NCBI GenBank assembly: GCA_964455185.1
Contig: CAYVUR010000001.1
Span: forward strand, 3,892 to 67,891
Origin: an uncultured Gammaproteobacteria bacterium
GTDB taxonomy: Bacteria; Patescibacteriota; Patescibacteriia; 2-01-FULL-39-33
DNA length: 64,000 nucleotides
Direction: 5' to 3'
Below, in pieces: positions 18,058-27,180 of the stretch. A program made the position numbers and the translations under genes. The stretch's first letter is position 1; each line of letters starts with the position of its first letter. The notes under the pieces were generated by a model, which was given only the letters and a program-made list of their open reading frames with translations, was not told the DNA's origin and did not search any database.

Positions 18058-19107
18058 ATGGCTCCAACTAAATCAAGTAAAGTTATTGTAGATATTTCAT
18101 CAATGACTTTTTTAAAAATATTATTAATTTTTGCTGTAGCCGCTTTTCTTTTTTATGTTAAAGATATTGCTATAATGCTATTTGTTTCTTTAATTTTAGC
18201 AGCGGCTATTAATCCTTCAGTAGATTGGATGCAGAAAAATAAAGTTCCGCGTGTTTTAGGGATTGTTTTTATTTATGTTCTAATTTTATCTGCATTGTTT
18301 TTTTCTTTTTATTTAATTATTAATCCTTTAACTTTAGAAATAAAAAATCTTTCTAAAGATTTTCCAGTTTATTGGGATAAGATATCAACGGGTTGGCATG
18401 AATTTGATACTTTTTCTAAAAATCAAGGTTGGCAAAAAACAATTGAAGATTTTTTATTGTCTCTACAAGCTGGTTTAGCTTCTTTAGCTTCTAATTTTTT
18501 AGGTGGTATAGTTTCTTTTATTGGTAGTATTTTTTCTTTTTTTGTTATTTTGGTAATGACTTTTTATCTTTCACTTTATGATCAATTAATAAAAAAGAAA
18601 ATTAGATCTTTTTTACCGCCTGATAAACAACCTTATTTTTTAGCAGTAATTAATCGCATGCAAGAAAAGATTGGTTTTTGGTTGCGAGGTCAATTATTAT
18701 TGTCATTAATTATTTTTATTTTTTGTTTAATAGGTTTATTAGTTTTAGGAATTAAATATGCTTGGGTATTAGCTTTATTTGCTGGCATTACAGAGTTTAT
18801 TCCTTATCTTGGTCCATTTATTGGCGCAATACCAGCTATTTTTATAGCATTTACTCAAAATCCAAGTTTAGGTTTTTATGTTTTAGTTTTATATATAATT
18901 ATTCAACAATCAGAAAATAATATTATTGTACCATTACTAATGAAAAAAGCGGTAGGATTAAATCCTGTTGTGGTAATAGTTGCGATGTTAGTTGGCGCAA
19001 AAATTGCTGGAATTGCCGGGGTTTTATTAGCGGTGCCAGTAACCACAGCAATAGGAGTAATTATAGGAGATATTTTTAGTCAAAGCGTTGAAAAAGATAT
19101 TGTTTAG
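18058..19107 (+). CDS. AI-2E family (PerM-like) transporter
   Basis: Multi-TM; WLRGQ, FIPYLGP, QQSENNIIVP, GLNP, GVLLAVP. Confidence 0.9.
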   Translation: MAPTKSSKVIVDISSMTFLKILLIFAVAAFLFYVKDIAIMLFVSLILAAAINPSVDWMQKNKVPRVLGIVFIYVLILSALFFSFYLIINPLTLEIKNLSKDFPVYWDKISTGWHEFDTFSKNQGWQKTIEDFLLSLQAGLASLASNFLGGIVSFIGSIFSFFVILVMTFYLSLYDQLIKKKIRSFLPPDKQPYFLAVINRMQEKIGFWLRGQLLLSLIIFIFCLIGLLVLGIKYAWVLALFAGITEFIPYLGPFIGAIPAIFIAFTQNPSLGFYVLVLYIIIQQSENNIIVPLLMKKAVGLNPVVVIVAMLVGAKIAGIAGVLLAVPVTTAIGVIIGDIFSQSVEKDIV

Positions 19108-19182
19108 TATAAAATATTATGTTATAATTTTATTATAATTAATAATAAAAAGGCAAAATGGCCAGAAAGGAGAGGAAATAAA

Positions 19183-19719
19183 ATGAAAATTCCTTATACT
19201 AAAAAAAATGCGGAAAATTTTTCCGAAAATGAAGAAAATAAAATAATAAATAATAATTGTTGCTCAGAATCAAATAATACTCGCAAATATTATTATATTT
19301 GGTTATTGTTGGTGGTAGTATTAGCAGTTGTTATCATGGCTTATTCAGCTTGGTCTTCAAAAATTGCTTATCCATCTAATAAGGATTGGCAAGCAGTATT
19401 TTTAGTTAATGGACAAGTTTATTTTGGTAAAGTTACTAAAGTGAGCAGTAAAACATTAACTCTCAAAGATATTTATTATTTACAATTTGTTACTAAACCG
19501 CTTCAAACTAGTCAAAGTGGAACCAATACTTCTGGAGAGCAACAAACTCAGCAAGAATTAACTTTAATTAAATTAGGTAATGAATTACATGGCCCAACTG
19601 ATTCGATGATTATTAATCGTGATCAGATACTTTTAACTGAAAAATTAGGTAAGAATTCTAAAGTTATTGAAGCTATTAATAAATATCTTAGTGAAAAAGA
19701 AGCTTCAAAAAATAAATAA
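19183..19719 (+). CDS. Membrane-anchored hypothetical protein
   Basis: One TM then WQAVFLVNGQVYFGK...IYYL...LIKLGNELHGP; SD-like AAGGAGAGG upstream. Confidence 0.75.
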   Translation: MKIPYTKKNAENFSENEENKIINNNCCSESNNTRKYYYIWLLLVVVLAVVIMAYSAWSSKIAYPSNKDWQAVFLVNGQVYFGKVTKVSSKTLTLKDIYYLQFVTKPLQTSQSGTNTSGEQQTQQELTLIKLGNELHGPTDSMIINRDQILLTEKLGKNSKVIEAINKYLSEKEASKNK

Positions 19720-19736
19720 TTATAATAAATAGGTAG

Positions 19737-19769
19737 AACGGGAACTTCAATAGTTGTTCCCGTTTTTTT
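19737..19769 (+). terminator. Intrinsic terminator
   Basis: aacgggaac-loop-gttcccgttttttt. Confidence 0.8.
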
Positions 19770-19795
19770 GTTTTTTATGTTATACTAAATTTAGT

Positions 19796-20404
19796 ATGGA
19801 AGGATTAGATAAAAAAGAAAGATCAAAATTAATATTAAATGATTTAGTTGATGATGAATTATTATCTTTAGATGAGGCCGCTAAGTTACTTAAAGTTAGC
19901 GAATCTTATCTTTTAAGTTTAGTTAGACGTGGCAAAATTAAAGCTTTTAAATTTGATGAATATTGGTTTATTAAACTTGATTGGATAAAACAATTTCGTC
20001 AACAGATACAAGATCATATTTCAGAAATTATTACAGCAGAAAATTTTGATAATAATTATAGATGGATTAAGCCAATAAAAAAGAAAGAAAATATTAATAA
20101 TAGTTTTTTTATTTTTAGTTTTAGATTATTAAGTTTTTCTTTTTTGTTTGCTATTATGGTTTTAGCTTCAGCTTGGATGATGCCTTTTGCTAATAATTTA
20201 GCAATCAGTGATACTTATTTTTTATCAGCAGTTTTAACTGTTTCTAATATTTATACTAAACCAGTTAATTCACTTTCTAAATTGATAATTACCCAATCTA
20301 AAATTAATGACGAAGTATTAACTCTTTGGGTGCGTAGTATTTTAATTAATAATCAAGATAATATTGGACAAGTAGCTGGAACTAGTGAAGGTTTTAATGA
20401 ATAA
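19796..20404 (+). CDS. Excisionase-like HTH protein with transmembrane helix
   Basis: LLSLDEAAKLLKVSESYLLSLVRRGKIKAFKF..YWFI; TM segment; ATG 19796 preferred because the track start 19754 lies in a terminator. Confidence 0.75.
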   Translation: MEGLDKKERSKLILNDLVDDELLSLDEAAKLLKVSESYLLSLVRRGKIKAFKFDEYWFIKLDWIKQFRQQIQDHISEIITAENFDNNYRWIKPIKKKENINNSFFIFSFRLLSFSFLFAIMVLASAWMMPFANNLAISDTYFLSAVLTVSNIYTKPVNSLSKLIITQSKINDEVLTLWVRSILINNQDNIGQVAGTSEGFNE

Positions 20405-20429
20405 TTTTAATATAATAATTATTTTATTT

Positions 20430-20455
20430 AATCCGCTTAAGTAAAAGCGGATTTT
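20430..20455 (+). terminator. Probable terminator
   Basis: aatccgctt-aagtaa-aagcggatttt. Confidence 0.65.
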
Positions 20456-20505
20456 GACTTTTATAGGTATTTTGAGTTAAAATTTAAGAAAATTATAATA
20501 AGTTT

Positions 20506-21891
20506 ATGACTAAAAAAATAGTTGAAAAAAATGATAAAATGGAAAAAATCGTAGCTTTATGTAAACGTAGAGGTTTTATTTTTCCAGCTTGTGAAATTTA
20601 TGGAGGCTTTGCTAATGCTTATTCTTATGGACCTTATGGTGTCGAATTAAAAAATAATATTAAACGACTTTGGTGGAAAAAATTTATTGATGAACGAGAT
20701 GATATGGTTGGTTTAGATGGACCTATTTTATTACATCCTAAATTATGGGAAGCTTCAGGACATTTAGACGGCTTTAATGATGCTATGATTGATTGTAAAA
20801 ATTGTAAAATGCGTTATCGTGCTGATAACTTAATTAATGAAGTTTTAGGTATTGATTTGGAAGGTAAATTAGATGAAATGACTAAAATAATTAGAGAAAA
20901 AATTAAATGTCCTAATTGTGGTAAACAGAATTGGACTGAAGCTAGATTTTTTAACATGATGTTTAAAACAGAAATGAATGGCATTGATGAACCAGTCTAT
21001 TTAAGACCAGAAACAGCAGGAGCAATTTTTGTTGATTTTAAGAATGTAGTTGATTCTTGTCGTGTTAAGATACCGTTTGGTATTGGTCAAATTGGTAAAG
21101 CTTTTCGCAATGAAATAGTAGCACGTAATTTTATTTTTCGTGTACGTGAGTTTGAACAAATGGAAATCGAGTATTTTATTTCTCCTGATGCTGATTGGCA
21201 AACTATGTTTAATAATTGGTTAGATCTACAAGAAGAATTTGCTTATGAACTAGGAGCTAAATCAGAAGATTTGAGACGTTATGAACATCCTAAAGAAAAA
21301 TTATCTCATTATTCTAGAAAAACTGTAGATATTGAATATAATTTTCCTTTTGGATTTTCTGAATTATTTGGCTTAGCACATCGTGGTGATTTTGATTTAT
21401 CACAGCACCAAAAATTTTCTGGCACTAATTTAGAATATTTAGATCAAGCATCTGGTAAAAAATATTTACCTCATGTTTTAGAACCAACTTTTGGTGTTGA
21501 TCGTTGTGTTTTAATGGTTTTATCAGCTGCTTATAATGAAGAAGAAATTAGTGAAAATGATATTAGAACAGTTTTAAAAATTCCTCCAATAATTGCGCCG
21601 ATTAAAGCGGCTGTTTTTCCATTACTTAAAAATAAGCCGGAATTAGTAAATAAAGCAAGAAAGATTTTTAATGATTTGCGTTCTGAAATTAAATGTGAAT
21701 TTGATGATAATGGAAATATTGGTAAACGTTATCGTCGTCAAGACGAAATTGGTACGCCTTATTGTGTAACAGTTGATTTTGATACTTTAGAAAAAGAAGA
21801 AGTAACTGTTCGTGATAGAGACACTATGCAACAAGAAAGAGTAAAAGTTCAAGAACTTAAAACTTGGTTAATAAATAAAATTAATGGTTAA
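20506..21891 (+). CDS. glyQS: Glycine--tRNA ligase, alpha2 homodimer type
   Basis: LRPETA, GKAFRNEI, FRVREFEQMEIEYF, IGKRYRRQDEIGTPY. Confidence 0.97.
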   Translation: MTKKIVEKNDKMEKIVALCKRRGFIFPACEIYGGFANAYSYGPYGVELKNNIKRLWWKKFIDERDDMVGLDGPILLHPKLWEASGHLDGFNDAMIDCKNCKMRYRADNLINEVLGIDLEGKLDEMTKIIREKIKCPNCGKQNWTEARFFNMMFKTEMNGIDEPVYLRPETAGAIFVDFKNVVDSCRVKIPFGIGQIGKAFRNEIVARNFIFRVREFEQMEIEYFISPDADWQTMFNNWLDLQEEFAYELGAKSEDLRRYEHPKEKLSHYSRKTVDIEYNFPFGFSELFGLAHRGDFDLSQHQKFSGTNLEYLDQASGKKYLPHVLEPTFGVDRCVLMVLSAAYNEEEISENDIRTVLKIPPIIAPIKAAVFPLLKNKPELVNKARKIFNDLRSEIKCEFDDNGNIGKRYRRQDEIGTPYCVTVDFDTLEKEEVTVRDRDTMQQERVKVQELKTWLINKING

Positions 21892-21904
21892 TTTAAATAT
21901 TTTT

Positions 21905-21938
21905 TAAAAAAGCCACTATAAAATTGGTGGCTTTTTTT
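21905..21938 (+). terminator. Intrinsic terminator
   Basis: aaaaaagccacta-loop-tggtggcttttttt. Confidence 0.8.
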
Positions 21939-21980
21939 ATTCTTTTTTGTTAAGATTATCACATAAAATAAATTAGTTTT

Positions 21981-23234
21981 ATGTATAAAAAACAAACTCT
22001 TCAAAATGGTATTCGTTTAATTACAGCGCCGTTAAAAGAAACACAAACTGCTAGCTTATTAGTTTTAGTTAAAGTTGGTAGTCGCCAAGAAACTAAATCT
22101 ATTTATGGTATTTCTCATTTTATTGAACACATGATGTTTAAAGGAACTTTAAAACGACCAACTACTTTAGATTTATCAAAAGAACTTGATGGTATTGGGG
22201 CTGAATACAATGCTTATACTGGTAAAGATGTTACTGGTTATTATATTAAATCAGATGCCAGACATCTATCGCTAGCAATTGATATACTTTCTGATATGTT
22301 GCTTAATTCTAAATTAGAAGTTAAAGAATTAGAAAAAGAAAAAGGAGTTATTATAGAAGAAATTAATATGTATGAAGATAATCCAATGATGTTTGTTGAA
22401 GAAATTTTAGAAGAAACTATTTTTTCTGGTTCACAATTAGGACATCAAGTTATTGGCACTCGAGAAATTATTAATTCTTTAGATCGTGTTTCATTAGTTA
22501 ATTATAGAGATACTTTTTATAATGGGTTAAATATAGTAATTGCTTTAGCTGGTAAATTTTCTGATAAACATATCAAAGAAATTAAATCTAAATTTCTTAT
22601 TAAAAGAGGTAAAAAATCAAAAATTAAAGACACTATTTTAATTCAAAAACATCCTAAAGTTAATATTAAATATAAAGATACTGAGCAGGTTCATTTAGCT
22701 TTAGGTTTCCCATCTTTTTCTCAACATGATAAGCGCAATTATGCTTTACAATTAATGTCAGTAATCTTGGGTGGTAATATGAGTTCACGTTTATTTATTA
22801 ATATTAGAGAAAGAAATGGTTTATGTTATTTTATTCGTTCGTGGAATAATTTATATGAAGATATAGGAGCAACTATTATTCAAGCTGGTTTAGATAAAAG
22901 TCGTATTGATTTTGCTATTAAAGCTATTAGAAGTGAGTTAGAAAAAATTTCTTTTGGCGTTTCTGATGAAGAGTTACGACGCGCTAAAGAATTTATCGCT
23001 GGTAAATTAGCTCTAGATTTAGAGGATTCTATGTCAATTGCTCAATATTATGGTAATTTAGAATTAATTAATAAACCTTTAATTTCTCCTAAAGAAAAAT
23101 TAAAAAAGATTATGGCCGTTAAAGCTTCAGAAGTAAAAAGTGTCGCTCAGAAAATTTTTGATTTTAATAAAGCTAATTTAGCAATTATTGGTCCTTTTAA
23201 AGATGAAATTAGATTTCTTAAATTATTAAAATAG
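21981..23234 (+). CDS. M16 family zinc peptidase
   Basis: GISHFIEHMMFKGT (HxxEH), NAYT, LGGNMSSRLF..IRE..GL.Y. Confidence 0.95.
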   Translation: MYKKQTLQNGIRLITAPLKETQTASLLVLVKVGSRQETKSIYGISHFIEHMMFKGTLKRPTTLDLSKELDGIGAEYNAYTGKDVTGYYIKSDARHLSLAIDILSDMLLNSKLEVKELEKEKGVIIEEINMYEDNPMMFVEEILEETIFSGSQLGHQVIGTREIINSLDRVSLVNYRDTFYNGLNIVIALAGKFSDKHIKEIKSKFLIKRGKKSKIKDTILIQKHPKVNIKYKDTEQVHLALGFPSFSQHDKRNYALQLMSVILGGNMSSRLFINIRERNGLCYFIRSWNNLYEDIGATIIQAGLDKSRIDFAIKAIRSELEKISFGVSDEELRRAKEFIAGKLALDLEDSMSIAQYYGNLELINKPLISPKEKLKKIMAVKASEVKSVAQKIFDFNKANLAIIGPFKDEIRFLKLLK

Positions 23235-23264
23235 ATTTATTATAATTTTTTATAAAACAATAAT

Positions 23265-24455
23265 ATGCGGATAGGCATTGATTGTCGTACTATTCTTAAT
23301 CCAAATGGTGGCGAATTAGCTGGAGTTGGCCATTATACTTATTATTTAGTTAAAAATTTATTATCTATTGATAAACAAAATGATTATGTTCTTTTTTTTG
23401 ATAATAATTTTTTAGATTTTGAGCAATTTAAAGCTTATAATGTTAAAATCGTCAAATTTCCTTTTTATCAATATAAAAAATATTTACCAATTGCTTATTC
23501 GCAAATGTTAATTAGTGCTTTTTTTGCTAGAGAAAGATTAGATTTATTACATGCTCCTGCTAATGTTATACCTATTTTTTATCGTCGGCCAGCTGTTGTA
23601 ACTATTCATGATTTAGCTATTTATAAATTTCCAGATTTTTTTCCTACTAACAAAATACTTAAACAATCTTTTGCTACTAAAGTTTTGGTTCCTAATAGTA
23701 TTAATCTAGCTAAAAAAATAATTGCTGTCTCACAGAATACTAAAAATGATATCATTGATATTTTTGGTACTTCAGAAAATAAAATTGAAGTAATTTATGA
23801 AGGAGTAATTAGTCATGGCAAAAATTGTCCTCATCAAGTATCTTTTACTTCAGTTAAAGAAAAATATAATATTGGTGAAAAATATTTATTATTTTTAGGT
23901 TCAATTGAGCCTCGCAAAAATATTATTAATTTAATTAAAGCTTTTAAAAATTATAAATTATTAGAAAAAGAAAAAGCAAATGAATTACAATTAATTTTGG
24001 TTGGCAGTAAAGGTTGGAAAAATAAAGAAATTTTTGAAACCATTAAAGAGGCTAATCAGAATTTATCCGCTAAAGACAATTATCAACCAATTCGATATTT
24101 AGGTTATGTTTCTTTGCCTGAGAAACTTTCATTAATTGCAAATGCTATAGCTTTTGTTTTTCCTTCCTTTTATGAGGGGTTTGGTTTACCAGTATTGGAA
24201 GCGATGAGTATGTCAATACCGGTAATTACTTCAAAAATTTCTTCTATTCCAGAAATAACTGGGCAAGATGGGGCCCTTCTTATTAATCCTTATAAAGAAT
24301 CAGAGATTCAAGATGCTATTAGTCAAATAATTTCTGATGAAGGATTAAGAGAACAATTAGCAATTAAAGGGCATAATCGAGCTCAAGAATTTACTTGGCA
24401 GAAGTGTGCTGAAAAAACTTTAGAAATTTATTACCAGATTATAAAGAATAAATAA
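23265..24455 (+). CDS. GT4 family glycosyltransferase
   Basis: VVTIHDL, GSIEPRKN, FPSFYEGFGLPVLEAM. Confidence 0.93.
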   Translation: MRIGIDCRTILNPNGGELAGVGHYTYYLVKNLLSIDKQNDYVLFFDNNFLDFEQFKAYNVKIVKFPFYQYKKYLPIAYSQMLISAFFARERLDLLHAPANVIPIFYRRPAVVTIHDLAIYKFPDFFPTNKILKQSFATKVLVPNSINLAKKIIAVSQNTKNDIIDIFGTSENKIEVIYEGVISHGKNCPHQVSFTSVKEKYNIGEKYLLFLGSIEPRKNIINLIKAFKNYKLLEKEKANELQLILVGSKGWKNKEIFETIKEANQNLSAKDNYQPIRYLGYVSLPEKLSLIANAIAFVFPSFYEGFGLPVLEAMSMSIPVITSKISSIPEITGQDGALLINPYKESEIQDAISQIISDEGLREQLAIKGHNRAQEFTWQKCAEKTLEIYYQIIKNK

Positions 24456-24479
24456 GCCGCATTAAGCGGCTTATTTATT
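24448..24479. terminator. Bidirectional terminator
   Basis: aataaataagccgc-atta-gcggcttatttatt between convergent genes. Confidence 0.8.
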
Positions 24480-24498
24480 TGATTTATTTTTATCAGTT

Positions 24499-25008
24499 TT
24501 ATTTAATAAAGTTTATTTCTGCTAAAGTCATAAATAAAAAAGCAAAAAGTAATATTTGCATAACAATTCCTAATTTCAAAGGAATATCATTTTTCATTTT
24601 ACCTATTAAAATGTGATGATTCCATTTATGAAAATCAAAAAACCATTTTATTTTTTTAGATTTAGTTAATACATAACTAGCTACCAAAAGATCAGGAATA
24701 ATTCCTCCAACAATTCCCCAAATAACCCCGTCATCTTTAGCAAAATAAAAGTTTTTAAACATAAATAAAAGAAAAAAAACTAATATAATATAATCAAGTA
24801 ATCCATAAGCGGCTAAAGATTTAATTTTTTCTTCTTCGCTTAATTTTTTATTTAGTAAACCAAAAAAACGTTTTCCCAATTCTTTATCTCCATGAGGTAT
24901 AATGTCCATGATAAAATGGAGTATAAAATTGATTAAAAATGATAAAATTGGATTAGTAATTTGTGTGCCAACCAATGCTCCTGTGGCGGCATGAATAGTA
25001 ATAAACAT
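24499..25008 (-). CDS. Membrane protein, putative metal-dependent hydrolase
   Basis: HAATG, HFIMDIIPH, IPD, FHKWNH motifs within TM segments. Confidence 0.6.
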   Translation of the reverse strand: MFITIHAATGALVGTQITNPILSFLINFILHFIMDIIPHGDKELGKRFFGLLNKKLSEEEKIKSLAAYGLLDYIILVFFLLFMFKNFYFAKDDGVIWGIVGGIIPDLLVASYVLTKSKKIKWFFDFHKWNHHILIGKMKNDIPLKLGIVMQILLFAFLFMTLAEINFIK

Positions 25009-25106
25009 AGTATATTTATATTATAACAAAAAAAAGCAAAAATATTAATATTTTAATGTTTTTATTAAAAAAATAAAAAAATTCGAAAAGTGAGTTTTTA
25101 TAAGAG

Positions 25107-25178
<72 letters not shown>

Positions 25179-25190
25179 ATGAAATATTTG

Positions 25191-25264
25191 TTGCGGGGGC
25201 GGGATTTGAACCCGCGACCTCTTGGTTATGAGCCAAGCGAGCTGCCAGACTGCTCTACCCCGCG
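25191..25264 (-). tRNA. tRNA-fMet (CAT)
   Basis: CGCGGGG 5' end with C1:A72 mismatch, CTCATAA loop. Confidence 0.92.
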
Positions 25265-25278
25265 ATAATATCTGGAAA

Positions 25279-25360
25279 TGCCCGAGGAGAGATTTGAACT
25301 CTCACATATTTCTATACACGATTTTGAGTCGTGCGCGTCTACCAATTCCGCCACTCGGGC
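25279..25360 (-). tRNA. tRNA-Leu (CAA)
   Basis: GCCCGAG/CTCGGGC acceptor, CTCAAAA loop, long variable arm. Confidence 0.93.
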
Positions 25361-25500
25361 AAAGCAAATTGGTGTTTTTATTTTATATTAAAATTTAGTC
25401 TTTTGTCAACTTTGATTAATTTTATAATTGTTTAATTTATATAAATTTATATTTAGTTATTTTTGTCAAAAGCAGATTATCATGTTATAATAATTACGTT

Positions 25501-26274
25501 ATGGGAAAAATTATTTCCATCGTAAATCAAAAAGGTGGAGTTGGTAAGACTACTACCTCAATTAATTTAGGCGCTTACTTAAGTTATTTTGGTAAGTCGG
25601 TACTTTTAGTTGATTTAGATCCTCAAAGCAATGCTACTTCCGGATTAGGCATATCTCGAGAACTAGATAAAGGAGTATATGAGGTATTAGCTGGACCTTA
25701 TTCTTTTAAAGATGTTTTAACAAAAACTAATCATGAAAATTATTTTTTAGCTCCCTCCACAACATCTTTAGCTGGAGCCAATGTTGAATTTGTTTCTCTT
25801 GATCGTAGAGAGTTTAGATTATATGATAATCTTTTAGAAATTAAAAATGATTTTAATTATATAATTATTGATTGTCCTCCATCTTTAGGTTTGCTTACTT
25901 TAAATGGCCTTACAGCGGCTGATCAGATTTTGATTCCAGTGCAAGCAGAATATTTTGCTTTAGAGGGATTGGGTCAATTAGTAGAAACAATTGGATTAAT
26001 TAAAGAAAATTTAAAACCAGAATTAGATATTTTAGGGGTAGTATTAACTATGTATGACAGTAGGTTTAAATTAGCTAATGATGTTTTACGTGAATTGTAT
26101 AGTTATTTTCCTAATAAAATTTTTCGTTCAGTAATTCCTCGTAGCGTGCGTTTATCTGAAGCCCCTAGTTATGGTCAATCAATATTACAATATAACCCTA
26201 AATCTAAAGGAGCTAAAGCTTATGAAAGATTAGCTCGTGAATTTTTACATTTAACAGAATATTATGCCAATTAA
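25501..26274 (+). CDS. parA: Chromosome partitioning ATPase ParA/Soj
   Basis: NQKGGVGKTT, DLDPQ.NAT, IDCPPSLG, EAPSYG. Confidence 0.96.
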   Translation: MGKIISIVNQKGGVGKTTTSINLGAYLSYFGKSVLLVDLDPQSNATSGLGISRELDKGVYEVLAGPYSFKDVLTKTNHENYFLAPSTTSLAGANVEFVSLDRREFRLYDNLLEIKNDFNYIIIDCPPSLGLLTLNGLTAADQILIPVQAEYFALEGLGQLVETIGLIKENLKPELDILGVVLTMYDSRFKLANDVLRELYSYFPNKIFRSVIPRSVRLSEAPSYGQSILQYNPKSKGAKAYERLAREFLHLTEYYAN

Positions 26275-27160
26275 AACTTCAGGATTAGGCAGAGGATTAG
26301 GTTCGTTAATACCTAATAAAAAAAATTTATCATTATCTGGTACGCCTAATAATTTAAGCGATTCTTTTTTTATTGAATCTTTAGAAACTAAAGAAAAAAT
26401 TTGGGATTTGCCAGTAGATAAAATTTTACCCAACCCAAATCAGCCTCGTCGCCAATTTGATGATACGTCTTTGAAAGAGCTTGCTGAATCAATTAAAGAA
26501 CATGGAGTAATTCAACCGATAATTGTCGCCAAACAAGGGGATAATTGGCAACTAATAGCAGGAGAAAGACGTTTACGAGCTTCTAAAATTGCTGGTTTAA
26601 AAACAATTCCAGCAATAATTAGAGGTTTAACGGAACAAAAGAAAATGGAGATTGCTTTATTAGAAAATTTGCAAAGAGAAAATCTTAATGCTTTAGAAAT
26701 TGCTTGGGCTTATCGCAAATTAATTGATGAATTTAATTTAACTCATGAACAATTAGCTAAAAAGGTTGGTAAAAGTGCTAGCGTAATTCATAATCATTTA
26801 CGTTTGCTTAATTTACATCCTGATGTACAAGAAGCGATTTTGGCTGGACGACTTACTGAAGGTCATGCTAGAACTTTAGGTGGTCTTCCCTTAGAAGATC
26901 AACTTGAGGGTATGAAAAATATTTTGGAAAAGAAAATGACCGTAAGAGAAGCTGAAGCTTCCGCTAGAGCTATAGTAGCGGCTAAAAAAATTAGAAATTC
27001 AAGAGTATTTGATCCCGAATTAAAAGATTATGAAGATCGAATAGCTACAGCATTAGGTACTCGAGTAGAAATTAGGAGGCGTAATGGTACGGGACAGATT
27101 ACAATAAAATTTTTCAGTAATGATGAATTAAAAGATATAGTAAATAAATTAATTAAATAA
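26264..27160 (+). CDS. parB: Chromosome partitioning protein ParB/Spo0J
   Basis: GLGRGL, NPNQPR, AGERRLRA, ENLQRE. Confidence 0.96.
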   Translation: MPIKTSGLGRGLGSLIPNKKNLSLSGTPNNLSDSFFIESLETKEKIWDLPVDKILPNPNQPRRQFDDTSLKELAESIKEHGVIQPIIVAKQGDNWQLIAGERRLRASKIAGLKTIPAIIRGLTEQKKMEIALLENLQRENLNALEIAWAYRKLIDEFNLTHEQLAKKVGKSASVIHNHLRLLNLHPDVQEAILAGRLTEGHARTLGGLPLEDQLEGMKNILEKKMTVREAEASARAIVAAKKIRNSRVFDPELKDYEDRIATALGTRVEIRRRNGTGQITIKFFSNDELKDIVNKLIK

Positions 27161-27180
27161 AATAAGAACCATTACGGTTC

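Noticed and set aside
25361-27180. parS or oriC near parAB
   Set aside because: No GTTTCACGTGAAAC-like palindrome or DnaA-box cluster seen; dnaA not in the window
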